This document shows positions 23,139 through 34,990 of a stretch of 64,000 bases of DNA, piece by piece; position 1 is the stretch's first letter; each line of letters begins with the position of its first letter. The notes beneath the pieces were generated by a model. That model was not told where the DNA came from, searched no databases, and saw only the letters and a program-made list of their open reading frames with translations. The DNA is from Heterodontus francisci (lineage: Eukaryota), in the NCBI RefSeq assembly GCF_036365525.1, contig NW_027140922.1:62001-126000 (forward strand). The letters run 5' to 3'. The translations under genes and the position numbers were made by a program.

Positions 23139-23784
23139 TTACTCCACTGTTGCCGCTGCCAAGAACATGCTCACACAGAGTAAGCTTCCCCACAGCAGCT
23201 CCACAGGTCAACTTGGCTGCTTCTGAAATGTTTCACTTCTCAACTATTTCACACAAAATATTCCGGCAATGAAAAAAAAACTCAATGATAGATGAGATAG
23301 ATGAGCTTTTAGTCTGATCGTTTTGGGGGCATTAAGTGACATTTATATCATTCCACCCTTGGAATATTTGCGCCCAAATGCCAATTTGTAGATTTCCAGG
23401 TTCCATTTTACAATTACATTGTCCCAGGTGTTTGTAGGAAACTAGGAGAGAGCCTGAATTTTCATCGTGACTTTAGCACAATTCCCACATCTATCGTGCC
23501 AAGTGTAAAGTAACATTTTTCCCACATGCTCCCTGTTTCCAGGTGGAATAACGTGAGATCTGGTGCTCACTTCATGTGATCAAGTGAGAGACAGTTTTCA
23601 GAACAGAAGGCTTCACACTGACATGTTGTGATATCCACAACCCGCCGGTGGAGGGGCTGTATTAATCAGGTCTGTTCATTGATGAGGTGAAACTCAGTAT
23701 GTTGAGGTTTTAAGAGCGGGTTCGCTTTTGCAGAACATTGCAAAATAATAAATTAACCCGGAAGCTGGAGAGAGTTCACCTTCT

Positions 23785-24385
23785 TAGGCAGTTCCCCGGG
23801 GTTGAGGTTGACTTGCTTCCACTCCGGTTCAATGGGTTCTGAGATGGCTGATGAGTCCAGTGTATGATCTGCAGACTCTGTCACATGAGGTGCAGGTGGT
23901 GCTTGTAGGATCAGGCAGGTGAGTAGTTTGCAGGTTTGTGCGCTCCCTCCGATGCCTCGGCCTTACCTCTGCATGTTCCTGAAGTTCCTCGAGGTGTCCA
24001 ATGCCTTCCTGTATGTCCTTTCTCCATCTGGGCTTGGTCAGGAGCCAGGGTCTCCAAGGAGTCGACGGGGATGTTTCATCTCTCCAGGGATGCTGTGAGG
24101 ACACCTCTAAAGCCTTTCCGCTGTCCTCCTGGGAGTCTCCTGCCACGACCAAGTTCTGAGTAGAACAGTTGCTTTGGGGAGTCTGGTGGCAGGAATGTGA
24201 ATGACATGTCCCAGCCAGTGGAGCTGGTGTGGGGTGTTTCGCGCCCTGACACGAGGCAGGTTGGTTTGGGAGAGCACGATGCTGTTGGACCACCTGTCTT
24301 GCCACTGGAGTTGGAGGATAATGCGGAGGCACCTCTGGTGTTACTTCTCCTGTGCTTTGAGGTGTCCACTGTAGGTTCTCCAAGG
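23785..24385 (-). mobile_element. RTE-clade LINE 3' fragment; duplicate ~28350-28955
   Basis: C-terminal zinc finger CTSCDRVCRSYTGLISHLRTH and LPKQLFYSEL..GGQRK-like motifs. Confidence 0.8.
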
Positions 24386-25659
24386 TAAGGTCAATGTGGA
24401 GATGTATTTATGAGCAGTGACTGATGGGACATGCAGTTCAGAGCTATCCACTGTCTAGACAAAGAATCACACACAGACAGACCTCAAACTCACGTAATAT
24501 TACCAAGGAGTCAAAAAGCAGGGCCTCATCCACAGTTTTATCTTCATGTACCTGGGTTCCACACTATGACTGTACACATTTTTGGTCTCCAACCTCCTTG
24601 GTTAAAACACACTGGGTGCACTGTGAAAATTTCAGGTCTCCTCATACCTTGGTTAGACTTCATTTGGAGAACTGTGCACTGTTCCGTTCTCATTATACAT
24701 TGGTTAGATCACAACTGGAGCACTATGCACAGTTCTGGCGTCTATATACATTGGTAAGACCACATTTAGATCATGGTATCATTATGCATAGCAGTGAAGA
24801 TCGAACAGGCTGGGGTCCTTCTCCAGAAATGAGGGGTTCCCAGATAAGAAGTCTTTAATATTATTAATAGGTTTGATAGGATAGACGTAGAGAAGATATT
24901 TTCACTTGAGGCCAAATACCAGATCTATAAGGTATAAAATACTCAGTAAAAATCCAAATTCAGGACAAACTTCATTACCCAGAGATTGGTGAGAATGGGG
25001 AACCCACAACCATAGGCAGTGGTGGAGGTAAATAGTATTCAGTGGGAAACTAGTAGACATACGAGGCAGAAAGGATTGACAGGAGATGCTGAGAGGATGA
25101 GATAAAGAGGGATGAAAGGATGTATCTGTGGAACATTAGCACCTGTATAGATCCGTTCACCTGATGCTGTGTTCTATATTGTCTGCAATTCTATATAGTC
25201 AACGTCAGTATCTGAAAGAGGGGAGAAAGTTGGAAAGCCGATCTGGAACTTCCCAAAGGAGTTCTGCAGCCAATGAAGTGCTTCTGTTGAATTACAGGCA
25301 TGTTGGTCTTTGTTGCAAGGGGGATGGGAGAACAAGAATAAGGAAGTCGTGTTACACTTGCATTGGGTCTTGGTGAGAACACACCTGGAATACTGTGTGC
25401 ACAGATTTGAACAGGGCCCCGAATGATCGGGCTGCAGATGTCAATGACACTGAACTGCAATTCCAGAACGCGATTACCAGGCGTCAAACATTGGTCCCTC
25501 CCCGGAAATGAAAGAAAACTGGGTCCCGCCTATCTGAATGATAAAGTGATGGAGAAGGAAGCTGTGAATTTCAGTCAGTGCCGAGAACTTTGAGATACTC
25601 TACAATAAAAGTGCTCAGTCATTTCATTTAAAACCACACGGATCCTTCACCCTCCAGAG

Positions 25660-26287
25660 ATGTCTTTGTCTCAGCTCTGGGTTGTGTTGTTGGTGTTAAC
25701 GGGTAAGGAGGTGTCTGAACTGTGAGGTTCCAATGATGTACATGTGTCTCTGCTTCTCAGTCTCTGTCTCTCTTTGTCTCTCTCCTTCTCCCTTTATATT
25801 TCTTTCTCTGTCTCTCATTCTCTCTCTCTATCTCTGCCTTTATCTCTGTCTCTATTTCTAACTGGTCCCCACCGCTCTCTCTCTCTCTCTGTCTGCCCAC
25901 TTCTACCTCTTCTTGTTGATAACAATATAGACATTGTCCCTGGTTTTATCTCTCTCTTTCTCTCTCTCTCTCCCTCTCTGTTTTACAGATGTGGTGGCCG
26001 TGTTGATCCAACAGACTCCCACTTCCATATCTCATTCCCCAGGCACTCTAGTCAGGATCGAGTGTATTTACACTGAAGCAACAGCTAGCTCTGTTTTCTA
26101 CTGGTACCAATGGCATCTGGACCGTGAGCCCGAGAACCTTTTCTATTCCTACCCCGCCGGAACGGTCACCCCCTCCGGTGAGGTGGACGGTTTCACCGCC
26201 AGGAGACCCGACAACACCCATTTTTACCTGGAGTCCTCCAGCCTGTTGGCGAATCAATCAGCCGTGTATTACTGTGCCTGGAGTCAG
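25660..26287 (+). CDS. TRBV: V-9: TRBV family 3 (leader 25660-25702, V exon 25989-26287), potentially functional
   Basis: Leader MSLSQLWVVLLVLT; open V exon ending YYCAWSQ; C23/W41/C104 present. Confidence 0.9.
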
Positions 26288-26326
26288 CACAGTGACTCCG
26301 AAAGGCGCCGGAGTTCAGCAAAAACT
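26288..26326 (+). other. 23-RSS of V-9
   Basis: CACAGTG + 23 bp + GCAAAAACT. Confidence 0.92.
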
Positions 26327-27690
26327 CTAAACATTGACAGAGCTCACTTGTGGGAGATAGACCTGTCTATCTGGGCTGTCATTCTATCACTCTGACTATC
26401 TGTCAGTTTCTATGTCTACTGTTGAATGAACTGGCTCTTTGACAGAGTTGTCTAACTAGTTCCCATTCACTGACTAGTTCTCCATTGCACTAATAAATCT
26501 CCCCTTCATCTACTTCTCCAATTGACATCTGGAAGTTACTATTGGATGGTCTTCCACCGCCCTTTCAGTCAGTGTCCTCCACATCATAACAATTCACTGA
26601 GGAGAAAGATTCCACTCATCTCCCACTCTGGTTCCTTTCCCAATTACCTTCAATTCTTGGTTCCTGGTTTATCGACCCTCCTGACAGTAGATACGACCCT
26701 CTTGATACAGTTTCTCTATCAAGACACTTCTGACCACGTCTTTCAAATCTCCCCTTATCCTCATTACTCTAATGGACACAAGTCCATACAAATAGGAAAT
26801 GGTTGATCTTGGAACCTTTAATCATGTCTCTGATGATTCATACAGTGCAAAGGCGAGAAACCTCTCCAGATCCGTCTCTGACTGGAACACCTGCCTCCAG
26901 ACGGCGGCTTCAGCATCTGTTCAAAACTGTTAACCCACTTGTCTCTCAGTCTGTCGGTGTCTTTTGAAGAATTTTCACAATGACTGGAGTTCAGTGTGGT
27001 GAAGAACTTAACCCTTTAACTCCCGTTTAGCGCAAGGGGGGGAAATGAAACTGTCTTGACCCTGAAACAAGGCAGCAGGTTGACGGCTCTTATTGGATCA
27101 TAGAATCATGAGGGACAAATCCAGGGTATTCAGCCCATCGAACCTGGCCTAGCTGTTTGAAAGAGCGACCTCCTCCCATCTCTCTTCATCTTACCCTATC
27201 AACAGATTCTTCTATTACTTTCTCACTCATGTATTTATTCAGCTCCCCTTTAACTGCATCGTCTCTATTCGACCTCAACCCATTCCATTTGGTCTGTAAT
27301 TCCACATTCTCACCGCTCCCTGGATTAAAGAACCTCCTCCTGAATTCCCAATTGGATTTATTAAGGACTACCTTACATTTATGATCCCTGGTTTTCATCT
27401 TCCCTGTCCAATTACTCCCACTCCCTGTTCTTTCTGAATAACCCTGCACTTGATCTTGCAGCTTGTCTGTCTCCTTCCTACCATTACAACAGTGACTGCA
27501 TTTCAAAATATATTTGACTGGTTGAGGCTGGAGTGAAGCAGAGAGCTGTCGGGCCGAATGGCGCCGATCTGTGCATTAGCTTCCATCGACTTCTGTGCCA
27601 CAAGCGCCAACACGAGTCGAGTAGAAGAATATAACTAATGACTGAAACAGGTTCAGGGTCTGACACTGAAAGGCCTGCAGAATCGGTGCT

Positions 27691-27723
27691 TGCAGTTACA
27701 CCTGGAGCCACTAGGTGTCGGTG
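27691..27723 (+). promoter_or_regulatory. CTCF element with upstream module downstream of V-9
   Basis: TGCAGTTAC-N5-GAG-CCACTAGGTGTCGGTG (core 27708-27723). Confidence 0.65.
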
Positions 27724-30209
27724 TTACTCCACTGCAGCCGCTGCCCAGAACATGCTCAGACAAAGTGAGCGTGACCCGCAACAGCTCCACAGGTCAACTT
27801 GGCTGCTTCTGAAATGTTTCACTTCTCAACTATTTCACACAAAATATTCCGGCAATGGAAGATGAGGTAGATGAGTTTTTAATCTGATCGTTTATGGGTC
27901 ATTAAGTATCAATTATGTCAGTGCAACCTTGAAATATTTGCACCCAGATGCCAGTTTGTAGATTTCCAGGTTCTATTTTACAATTGCACTGTCCCAGGTG
28001 TTTGTAGGAAACTAGGAGAGAGCCTGAATGTCCATCCTGACTTTCGCACAACTCCCACATCTATCGTGCCAAGTGTAAAGTAACATTTTCCCCCCATGCT
28101 CCCTGTTTCCAGGTTGAATAACGGGAGATCTGGTGCTCACTTCATGTGATCAAGTGAGAGACAGTTTTCAGAACAGAAGGCTTCACACTGACATGTTGTG
28201 ATATCCTCACCCTGCCGGTGGAAGGGCTGTATTAATCAGGTCTGTTCATTGAGGAGGTGAAACTCAGTATGTTGAGGTTTTAAGAGCGGATTTGCTTTTG
28301 CAGAACATTGCAAAACATTAAATTAACACAGAAGCTGGAGAGAGTTCACCTTCTTAGGCAGTTCCCCGGGGTTGAGGATGACTTGCTTCCACTCCGGTTC
28401 AATGGGTTCTGAGATGGCTGATGAGTCCAGTGTATGATCTGCAGACTCTGTCACATGAGGTGCAGGTGGTGCTTGTAGGATCAGGTAGGTGAGTAGTTTG
28501 CAGGTTTGTGCGCTCCCTCCGATGCCTCGGCCTTACCTCTGCATGTTCCTTAAGTTCCTCGAGGTGTCCAATGCCTTCCCGTTTGTCCTTTCTCCATCTG
28601 GGCTTGGTCAGGAGCCAGGGTCTCCAAGGAGTCGACGTGGATGTTTCATCTCTCCAGGGATGTTGTGAGGACATCTCTGAAGCATTCCCGCTGTCCTCCT
28701 GGGAGTCTCCTGCCACGACCAAGTTCTGAGTAGATCAGTTGCTATGAGGAGTCTGGTGGCAGGAATGTGAATGACATGTCCCAGCCAGTGGAGCTGGTGT
28801 TGGGTGTTTCGCGCCCTGACACTAGACAGGTTGGTTTGGGAGAGGACGATGCTGTTGGACTATCTGTCTTGCCACTGGATTTGGAGGATAATGCGGAGGC
28901 ACCTCTGGTGCTACTTCTCCTGTGCTTCGAGGTGTCTACTGTCGGTTCTCCAAGGTAAGGTCAGTGTGGAGGTGTATTTGTGAGCAGTGACTGACGGGAC
29001 AAAGCAGTTCAGAGTTATCCACTGTCTGGACAAAGAATCACACACAGACTGACCTCAAACTCACGTAATTTTACCAAGGAGTCAAAGAGCAGGGCCTGAT
29101 CCATAGTTTTATCCTCATGTACCTGGGTTCCACACTTGGACTGTACATATTTTTTGGTATCCAACCTCCTTGGTTAAAACACACTGGGTGCACTGTGAAC
29201 ATTTCAGGTCTCCTCATACCTTGGTTAGACTTCATTTGGAGAACCGTGCACAGTTCTGGTCTCATTATACTTTGGTTGGACGAAGACTGGAGCACTGTGC
29301 ACAGTTCTGACCACATTTAGATCACGGTATAATTATACATAACAGTAAGGATCGAACAGGCTGGGGTCCTTCTCCAGAAATGAGGGGTGCCCAGATAAGA
29401 AGTCTTTAATATTATTCATAGGTTTGATAGGATAGATGTAGAGAAGATATTTTCACTTGAGGCCCAAGACCAGAATTATAAGCTATAAAATAGTCACGAA
29501 AAATCCAAATTCAGGACAAACCTCATTTCCCAGAGATTGGTGAGAATGGGGAACTAACCACCATAGGCAGTGGTAGAGGCAAATAGTATTCAGTGGGAAA
29601 CTAGTAGACATACGAGGCAGAAAGGATTGACAGGAGATGCTGAGAAGATGAGATAAAGAGGGATGAAAGGATGTATCTGTGGAACATCAACACCTGTATA
29701 GATCCGTTCACCTGATGCTGTGTTCTATATTGTCTGCAATTCTATATAGTCAACGTCAGTATCTGAAAGAGGGGAGAAAGTTGGAAAGCCGATCTGGAAC
29801 TTCCCAAGGAGTTCTACAGCCAATGAAGTGCTTCTGTTGAATTACAGGCATATTGGTCTTTGTTGCAAGGGGGATGGGAGTACAAGAATAAGGAAGTCGT
29901 ATTACACTTGTATTGGGTCTTGGTGAGAACACACCTGGAATACAGTGTGCACATATTTGGACAGGGCTCCGAATGATCGGGCTGCACATGTCAATGAAAC
30001 AGAACTGCAGTTCCAGAAAGCGATTAACAGGCGTCTAACATTGGTCCGTCCCCGGAAATGAAAGAAAACTGGGTCCCGCCTATCCGAATGATAAAGTGAT
30101 GGAGAGGGAAGCTGTGAATTTCAGTCAGTGCCCAGAACTTTGAGATATTCGACAATAAAAGTGCTCAGTCATTTCATATAAAACCACACGGATCCTTCAC
30201 CCTCCAGAG

Positions 30210-30823
30210 ATGTCTGTCTCTCAGCTCTGGGTTGTGTTGTTGGTGTTAAGGGGTAAGGAGGTGTCTGAACTGTGAGGTTCCAATGATGTACATGTGTCTC
30301 TGCTTCTCAGTCTCTGTCTGTCTTTGTCTCTCTCCTTCTCCCTCTATATTTCTTTCTCTGTCTCTCATTATCTCTCGCTCTCTGCCTCTCTGCCTCTAAC
30401 TGGTCCCCACCGCTCTCTCTATCTCTGTCTGCCCGCCTCTACCACTTCTTGTTGATAACGATATAGATATTGTCCCTGGGTTAATCTCTTTCTTTCACTC
30501 TCTCTCTCCCTCTCTGTTTTACAGATGTGGGGGCTGTGTTGATCCAACAGACTCCCTCTTCCATATCCCATTCCCCAGGCTCTCCAGTCAGGATCGAGCG
30601 TATTTACACTGAAGCAACAGCTGGCTCCTATTTCTACTGGTACCGGTGGCGTCCGGACCGTGAGCCCCAGAACCTTTTCTATTCCTACGGTGCTGGAACG
30701 GTCAGTCCCTCTGGTGAGGTGGACGGTTTCACCGCCAGGAGACCCGACAACACCCATTTTTACCTGGAGTCCTCCAGCCTGTGGATGAATCAATCAACCA
30801 TGTATTACTGTGCCTGTAGTCTG
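30210..30823 (+). CDS. TRBV: V-10: TRBV family 3 (leader 30210-30252, V exon 30525-30823); open frame but Cys23->Arg (ORF-class)
   Basis: RIERIY (CGT at 30599-30601) instead of RIECIY; ends YYCACSL. Confidence 0.88.
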
Positions 30824-30862
30824 CACAGTGACTCAGAAAGGCGCCGGACTTCAGCAAAAACT
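30824..30862 (+). other. 23-RSS of V-10
   Basis: CACAGTG + 23 bp + GCAAAAACT. Confidence 0.92.
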
Positions 30863-33262
30863 CTAAACATTGACAGAGCTCACTTGTGGGAGATAGACCT
30901 GTCTATCTGGGCTGTCATTCTATCACTCTGACTATCTGTCAGTTTCTATGTCTACTGTTGAATGAACTGGCTCTTTGACAGAGTTGTCTAACTAGTTCCC
31001 ATTCACTGACTAGTTCTTCATTGCACTAATAAATCTCCCCTTCATCTACTTCTCCAATTGACATCTGGAAGTTACTATTGGATGGTCTTCCACCGCCCTT
31101 TCAGTCAGTGTCCTCCACATCATAACAATTCACTGAGGAGAAAGATTCCACTCATCTCCCACTCTGGTTCCTTTCCCAATTACCTTCAATTCTTGGTCCC
31201 TGGTTTATCGACCCTCCTGACAGTAGATACTACCCTCTGGATACAGTTTCTCTATCAAGACACTTCTGACCACATCTTTCAAATCTCCCCTTACCCTCAT
31301 TACTCTAATGGACACAAGTCCATACAAATTGGAAATGGTTGATCTTGGAACCTTTAATCATGTCTCTGATGATTCATACAGTGCAAACGCGAGAAACCTC
31401 TCCAGATCCGTCTCTGACTGGAACACCTGCCTCCAGATGGCGGCTTCAGCATCTGTTCAAAACGGCTAACCCACTTGTCTCTCAGTCTCTCGGTGTCTTT
31501 TGAAGAATTTTCACACTGACTGGAGTTCAGTGTGGTGAAGAACTTAACCCTTTAACTCCCGTTTATCGCAAGGGGGGTGGGGGGCGGGGAAATGAAACTG
31601 TCTTGACCCTGAAACAAGGCAGCAGGTTGACGGGTCTTATTGGGTCATAGTGTCATGCAGGTCAAATCCAGGGTATTCAGTCCATCGATCCTGGCCTAGC
31701 TGTTTGAAAGAGCGACCTCCTCCCATCTCTCTTCATCTTCCCCTATCAACAGATTCTTCTATTCCTTTCTCACTCATGTATTTATTCCGCTCCCCCTTAA
31801 CTGCATCGTCTCTATTCGACCTCAACCCATTCCATTGGTCGCCCATTCAACATTATCTCCACTCCCTGAGAAAAAGAACCTCCTTCTGAATTCCCAATTG
31901 GATTTATTAAGGACTACCTTACATTTATGATCCCTGGTTTCCATCCTCCCTGTCCAATTACTCCCACTCCCTGTTCTTTCTGATTAACCCTGCACTTGAT
32001 CTTGCAGCTTGTCTGCCTCCTTCCCTGCATTACAACAATGACTGCATTTCAAAATGTATTTGACTGGTTGAGGCTTGAGTGAAGCAGAGAACCGTCGGGC
32101 CGAATGGCGCCGATCTGTGCATTAACTTCCATCTAGTTCTGTGCCACAAGCGCCAACACGAGTCGAGTAGGAGAATATAACTAATGACTGAAAGAGGTTC
32201 ATGGTCTGACACTGAATGGCCTGCACAGCACTGTGCACAGCACTGCAGATTTGGTCCAACCAAGGTCGATGGAGACCAGAACAGTGCACAGGGCTCCAGA
32301 AGAGCTCTAAGTAAGGTATTTGTAAGTATGAACTGTCCTCAGCACTTCAGGCGTCGTCTACACAAGGCATATCGAGCTGAGAATTGTGCACAGTGCTCCA
32401 GGTGTGGTCTATCTGAGGTTCTTTATATAAACTGGAGGTGAAAAGTGGAAGATCTTTAATACAATTTGTGTTAAATGTCCATTTCCCAGCTTTGTAAACC
32501 CTTGTAACATTAAACTGGTAAATGTTAAGAAGGTTTTTTGGATTGAATACAGGCTAATGGATAAATACAGCAGCAGCAAATAATGTGCAAAGTATCATTG
32601 AGAAATATAACTGTAAATATGGGTGAGAATTGTGTGAAATGTCACCAGTTGTTAAAGTTCTCTTGGCTGCACCATTTAACCTGTCTCTAGTTTCAGTCTT
32701 TGTAACACAGTGGAATTGAAAATCTGAATAAAAACTGCATGTTTATTCTGCAGTCAAACCGGCCTCTCCAGCAAAAACTCTTTTGTCACAATTTCAAGGT
32801 AACTGCAGTGAGTCATTTTCTGAACTGTCTGTTAACTGGAGGTGAATAGTGAAAGACATTGAATACAATGAGTGTTAAATGGTCATTATCCAAACTGGTC
32901 CCTCCAGGTTTTAAATGACAGCAGCTTTTCTGCCCTGTGAATGAGGTTTTTGGGGGAGGGAGAGAGAGACAGACAGGTTTCTGTGTGGAATGGTCCATTT
33001 GGGATATGGCTGGAATATCCCTCTCTCCCTCACTCCCTGTTTCCACAGAGACTCACCTTGGACTGTCCCATACCTGGGAGGGAGTGTCCAGATGGAGGAA
33101 GCTGAATGCTGTATTTTGGGTGGACTGTCTGTTTTGAGTGACAGGTTCCGGGATATATTAGGAGAACATCAGTCTCCATTCTTTCTTTCCATGCGGCTGG
33201 TTTGTGAAGGTGAGTTTTTGTGTCTCAGTCTCTGTGCCCAGGTGAATTGCAAGCTGATTACA

Positions 33263-33313
<51 letters not shown>

Positions 33314-33479
33314 CAGTCTGAATCCCCCACTCTGTCCCACTCCTGACCCTTTTCTCCAATTCCCACCACAATCTCCCACTCCAGGATCTTTTCCCCATGG
33401 ACAAGCTGATGGAGGGAAGGTGTTGGAGTCCAACGATGGAGCGCAGACCATGTGGGATGGTGAGTATCACATCTTTATT

Positions 33480-34230
33480 GTCTCTCTCTCTGCCTTTTTC
33501 CCTCCTTCTCTCAGTCTCTCTCTCAATCTGTGTGTTTCAGTGTGTGTTTTTTTCCCCTCTCTCTGTGTTTTCTCTCTCTCTCCCCGTGTTTCTCTCCCCC
33601 TCTCTCTGTTTTTTCTCTCTCGGTTTTTTTCTCTCGCTCTCCCCGTGTTTCTCTCCCGCTCTCTCTTTGTTTTTTCTCTTTCTCTTTTGTGTTTTCTCTC
33701 TCTCTCTCTGGGTTTTCTCTCTTTCTCTGGGTTTTTTCTCTCTCTTGTGTTTTCTCTCTCTCTCTCTGGGTTTTTTCTTTCTCTCTCTCTCGTGTTTTCT
33801 CTCTCTCTGGGTTTTTTCTCTCGTGTTTTCTCTCTCTCTCTCTGGGTATTTTCTCTCTTGTGTTTTCTCTCTTTCTCTGGGTTTTTTCTCTCTCTGGGTT
33901 TTTTCTCTTTCTCTCTCTTGTGTTTTCTCTCTCTCTCTCTCTGGGTTTTTTCTCTTTCTCTCTCTTGTGTTTTTTTTCTCTCTCTCGTGTTTTCTCTCTC
34001 TCTCTCTGGGTTTTTTCTCTCTCGTGTTTTCTCTCTCGTGTTTTCTCTCTCTCTCTCTGGGTATTTTCTCTCTTGTGTTTTCTCTCTTTTTCTGGGTTTT
34101 TTCTCTCTCTGGGTTTTTTCTCTTTCTCTCTCTTGTGTTTTCTCTCTCTCTCTGGGTTTTTTCTCTTTCTCTCTCTTGTGTTTTTTCTCTCTCTCGTGTT
34201 TTCTCTCTCTCTCTCTCTGGGTTTTTTCTC
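33480..34230. repeat. CT/T-rich low-complexity satellite
   Basis: Repeating tctctgggttttttctct..cttgtgtttt units; long ORFs here are artefacts. Confidence 0.9.
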
Positions 34231-34231
34231 A

Positions 34232-34990
34232 CTAAATGCCCCCCCCCTGAACAAACTCCCATCTAAATACCCCCCTGTGAACAGACTCCTATTTAAATAC
34301 CCCCCCCGGGAACAGACACCTATCTAAATATCCCACAGGAAACAGACTCCTTTCTAAATACCCAACCCCCGGGAACAGACTCCTACCTAAATACCCCACA
34401 GGGAACAGACTCCTATCTAAATACACCCCCCCCCCCCCCGGGAACAGACTCCTATCTAAATACACCCCCCCCCCCGGGAACAGACTCCTATCTAAATACA
34501 CCCCCCCCCCCCGGGAACAGACTCCTATCTAAATACCCCCCGGGAACAGACTCCTATCTAAATACACCCCCCCCCCCCCCCCCGGGAACAGACTCCTATC
34601 TAAATACCCCCCGGGAACAGACTCCTATCTAAATACACCCCCCCCCCCCCCGGGAACAGACTCCTATCTAAATACACCCCCACCCCCCCCCCCCCCCCCG
34701 GGAATAGACTCCTATCTAAATACCCCCCGGGAACAGACCCCCATCTAAATGCCCCCCCCTGAACAAACTCCCATCTAAATACCCCCCTGTGAACAGACTC
34801 CCATCTAGCTACCCCCCCCCCCTTATCCAGACCCCCATCTAAATACCCCCCGGGAACAGACTCTCATCTAAATACCCCCCGGGAACAGACTCTCATCTAA
34901 ATGCCCCCCCGGGAACAGACTCTCATCTAAATGCCCCCCCGGGAACAGACCCCCATCTAAATAACCCCCCCCCCCCCATTAACTGACCCC
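34232..34990. repeat. Minisatellite gggaacagactcctatctaaatac + variable poly-C
   Basis: Over 20 units of ~29-45 bp, length varying with the C run. Confidence 0.9.

Larger units (their letters stand above)
20930..32220 (+). repeat. Tandem triplication of the family-3 unit (~4.55-kb period; third copy truncated at ~32220)
   Basis: Repeated promoter, V, 3' flank and CR1 fragments; RTE fragment in the first two copies (paralogous ORFs at 21940/26522/31058). Confidence 0.92.

Noticed and set aside
2700-30862. Assignment as immunoglobulin, IgNAR, NAR-TCR or TCR alpha/gamma/delta V
   Set aside because: No clustered V-D-J-C minilocus or perfect octamer promoter noticed; CAWS/CACS ends and A-RP---F-L FR3 fit TRBV best, though beta assignment lacks J/C confirmation in this window
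32706-32736. CACAGTG..ATAAAAACT cryptic RSS
   Set aside because: Spacer is 15 bp and there is no upstream V or D coding sequence
33397-34327. Long hydrophobic or RE-rich ORFs (also 56450-62450, 6567-7201)
   Set aside because: Open frames through CT/GA microsatellites
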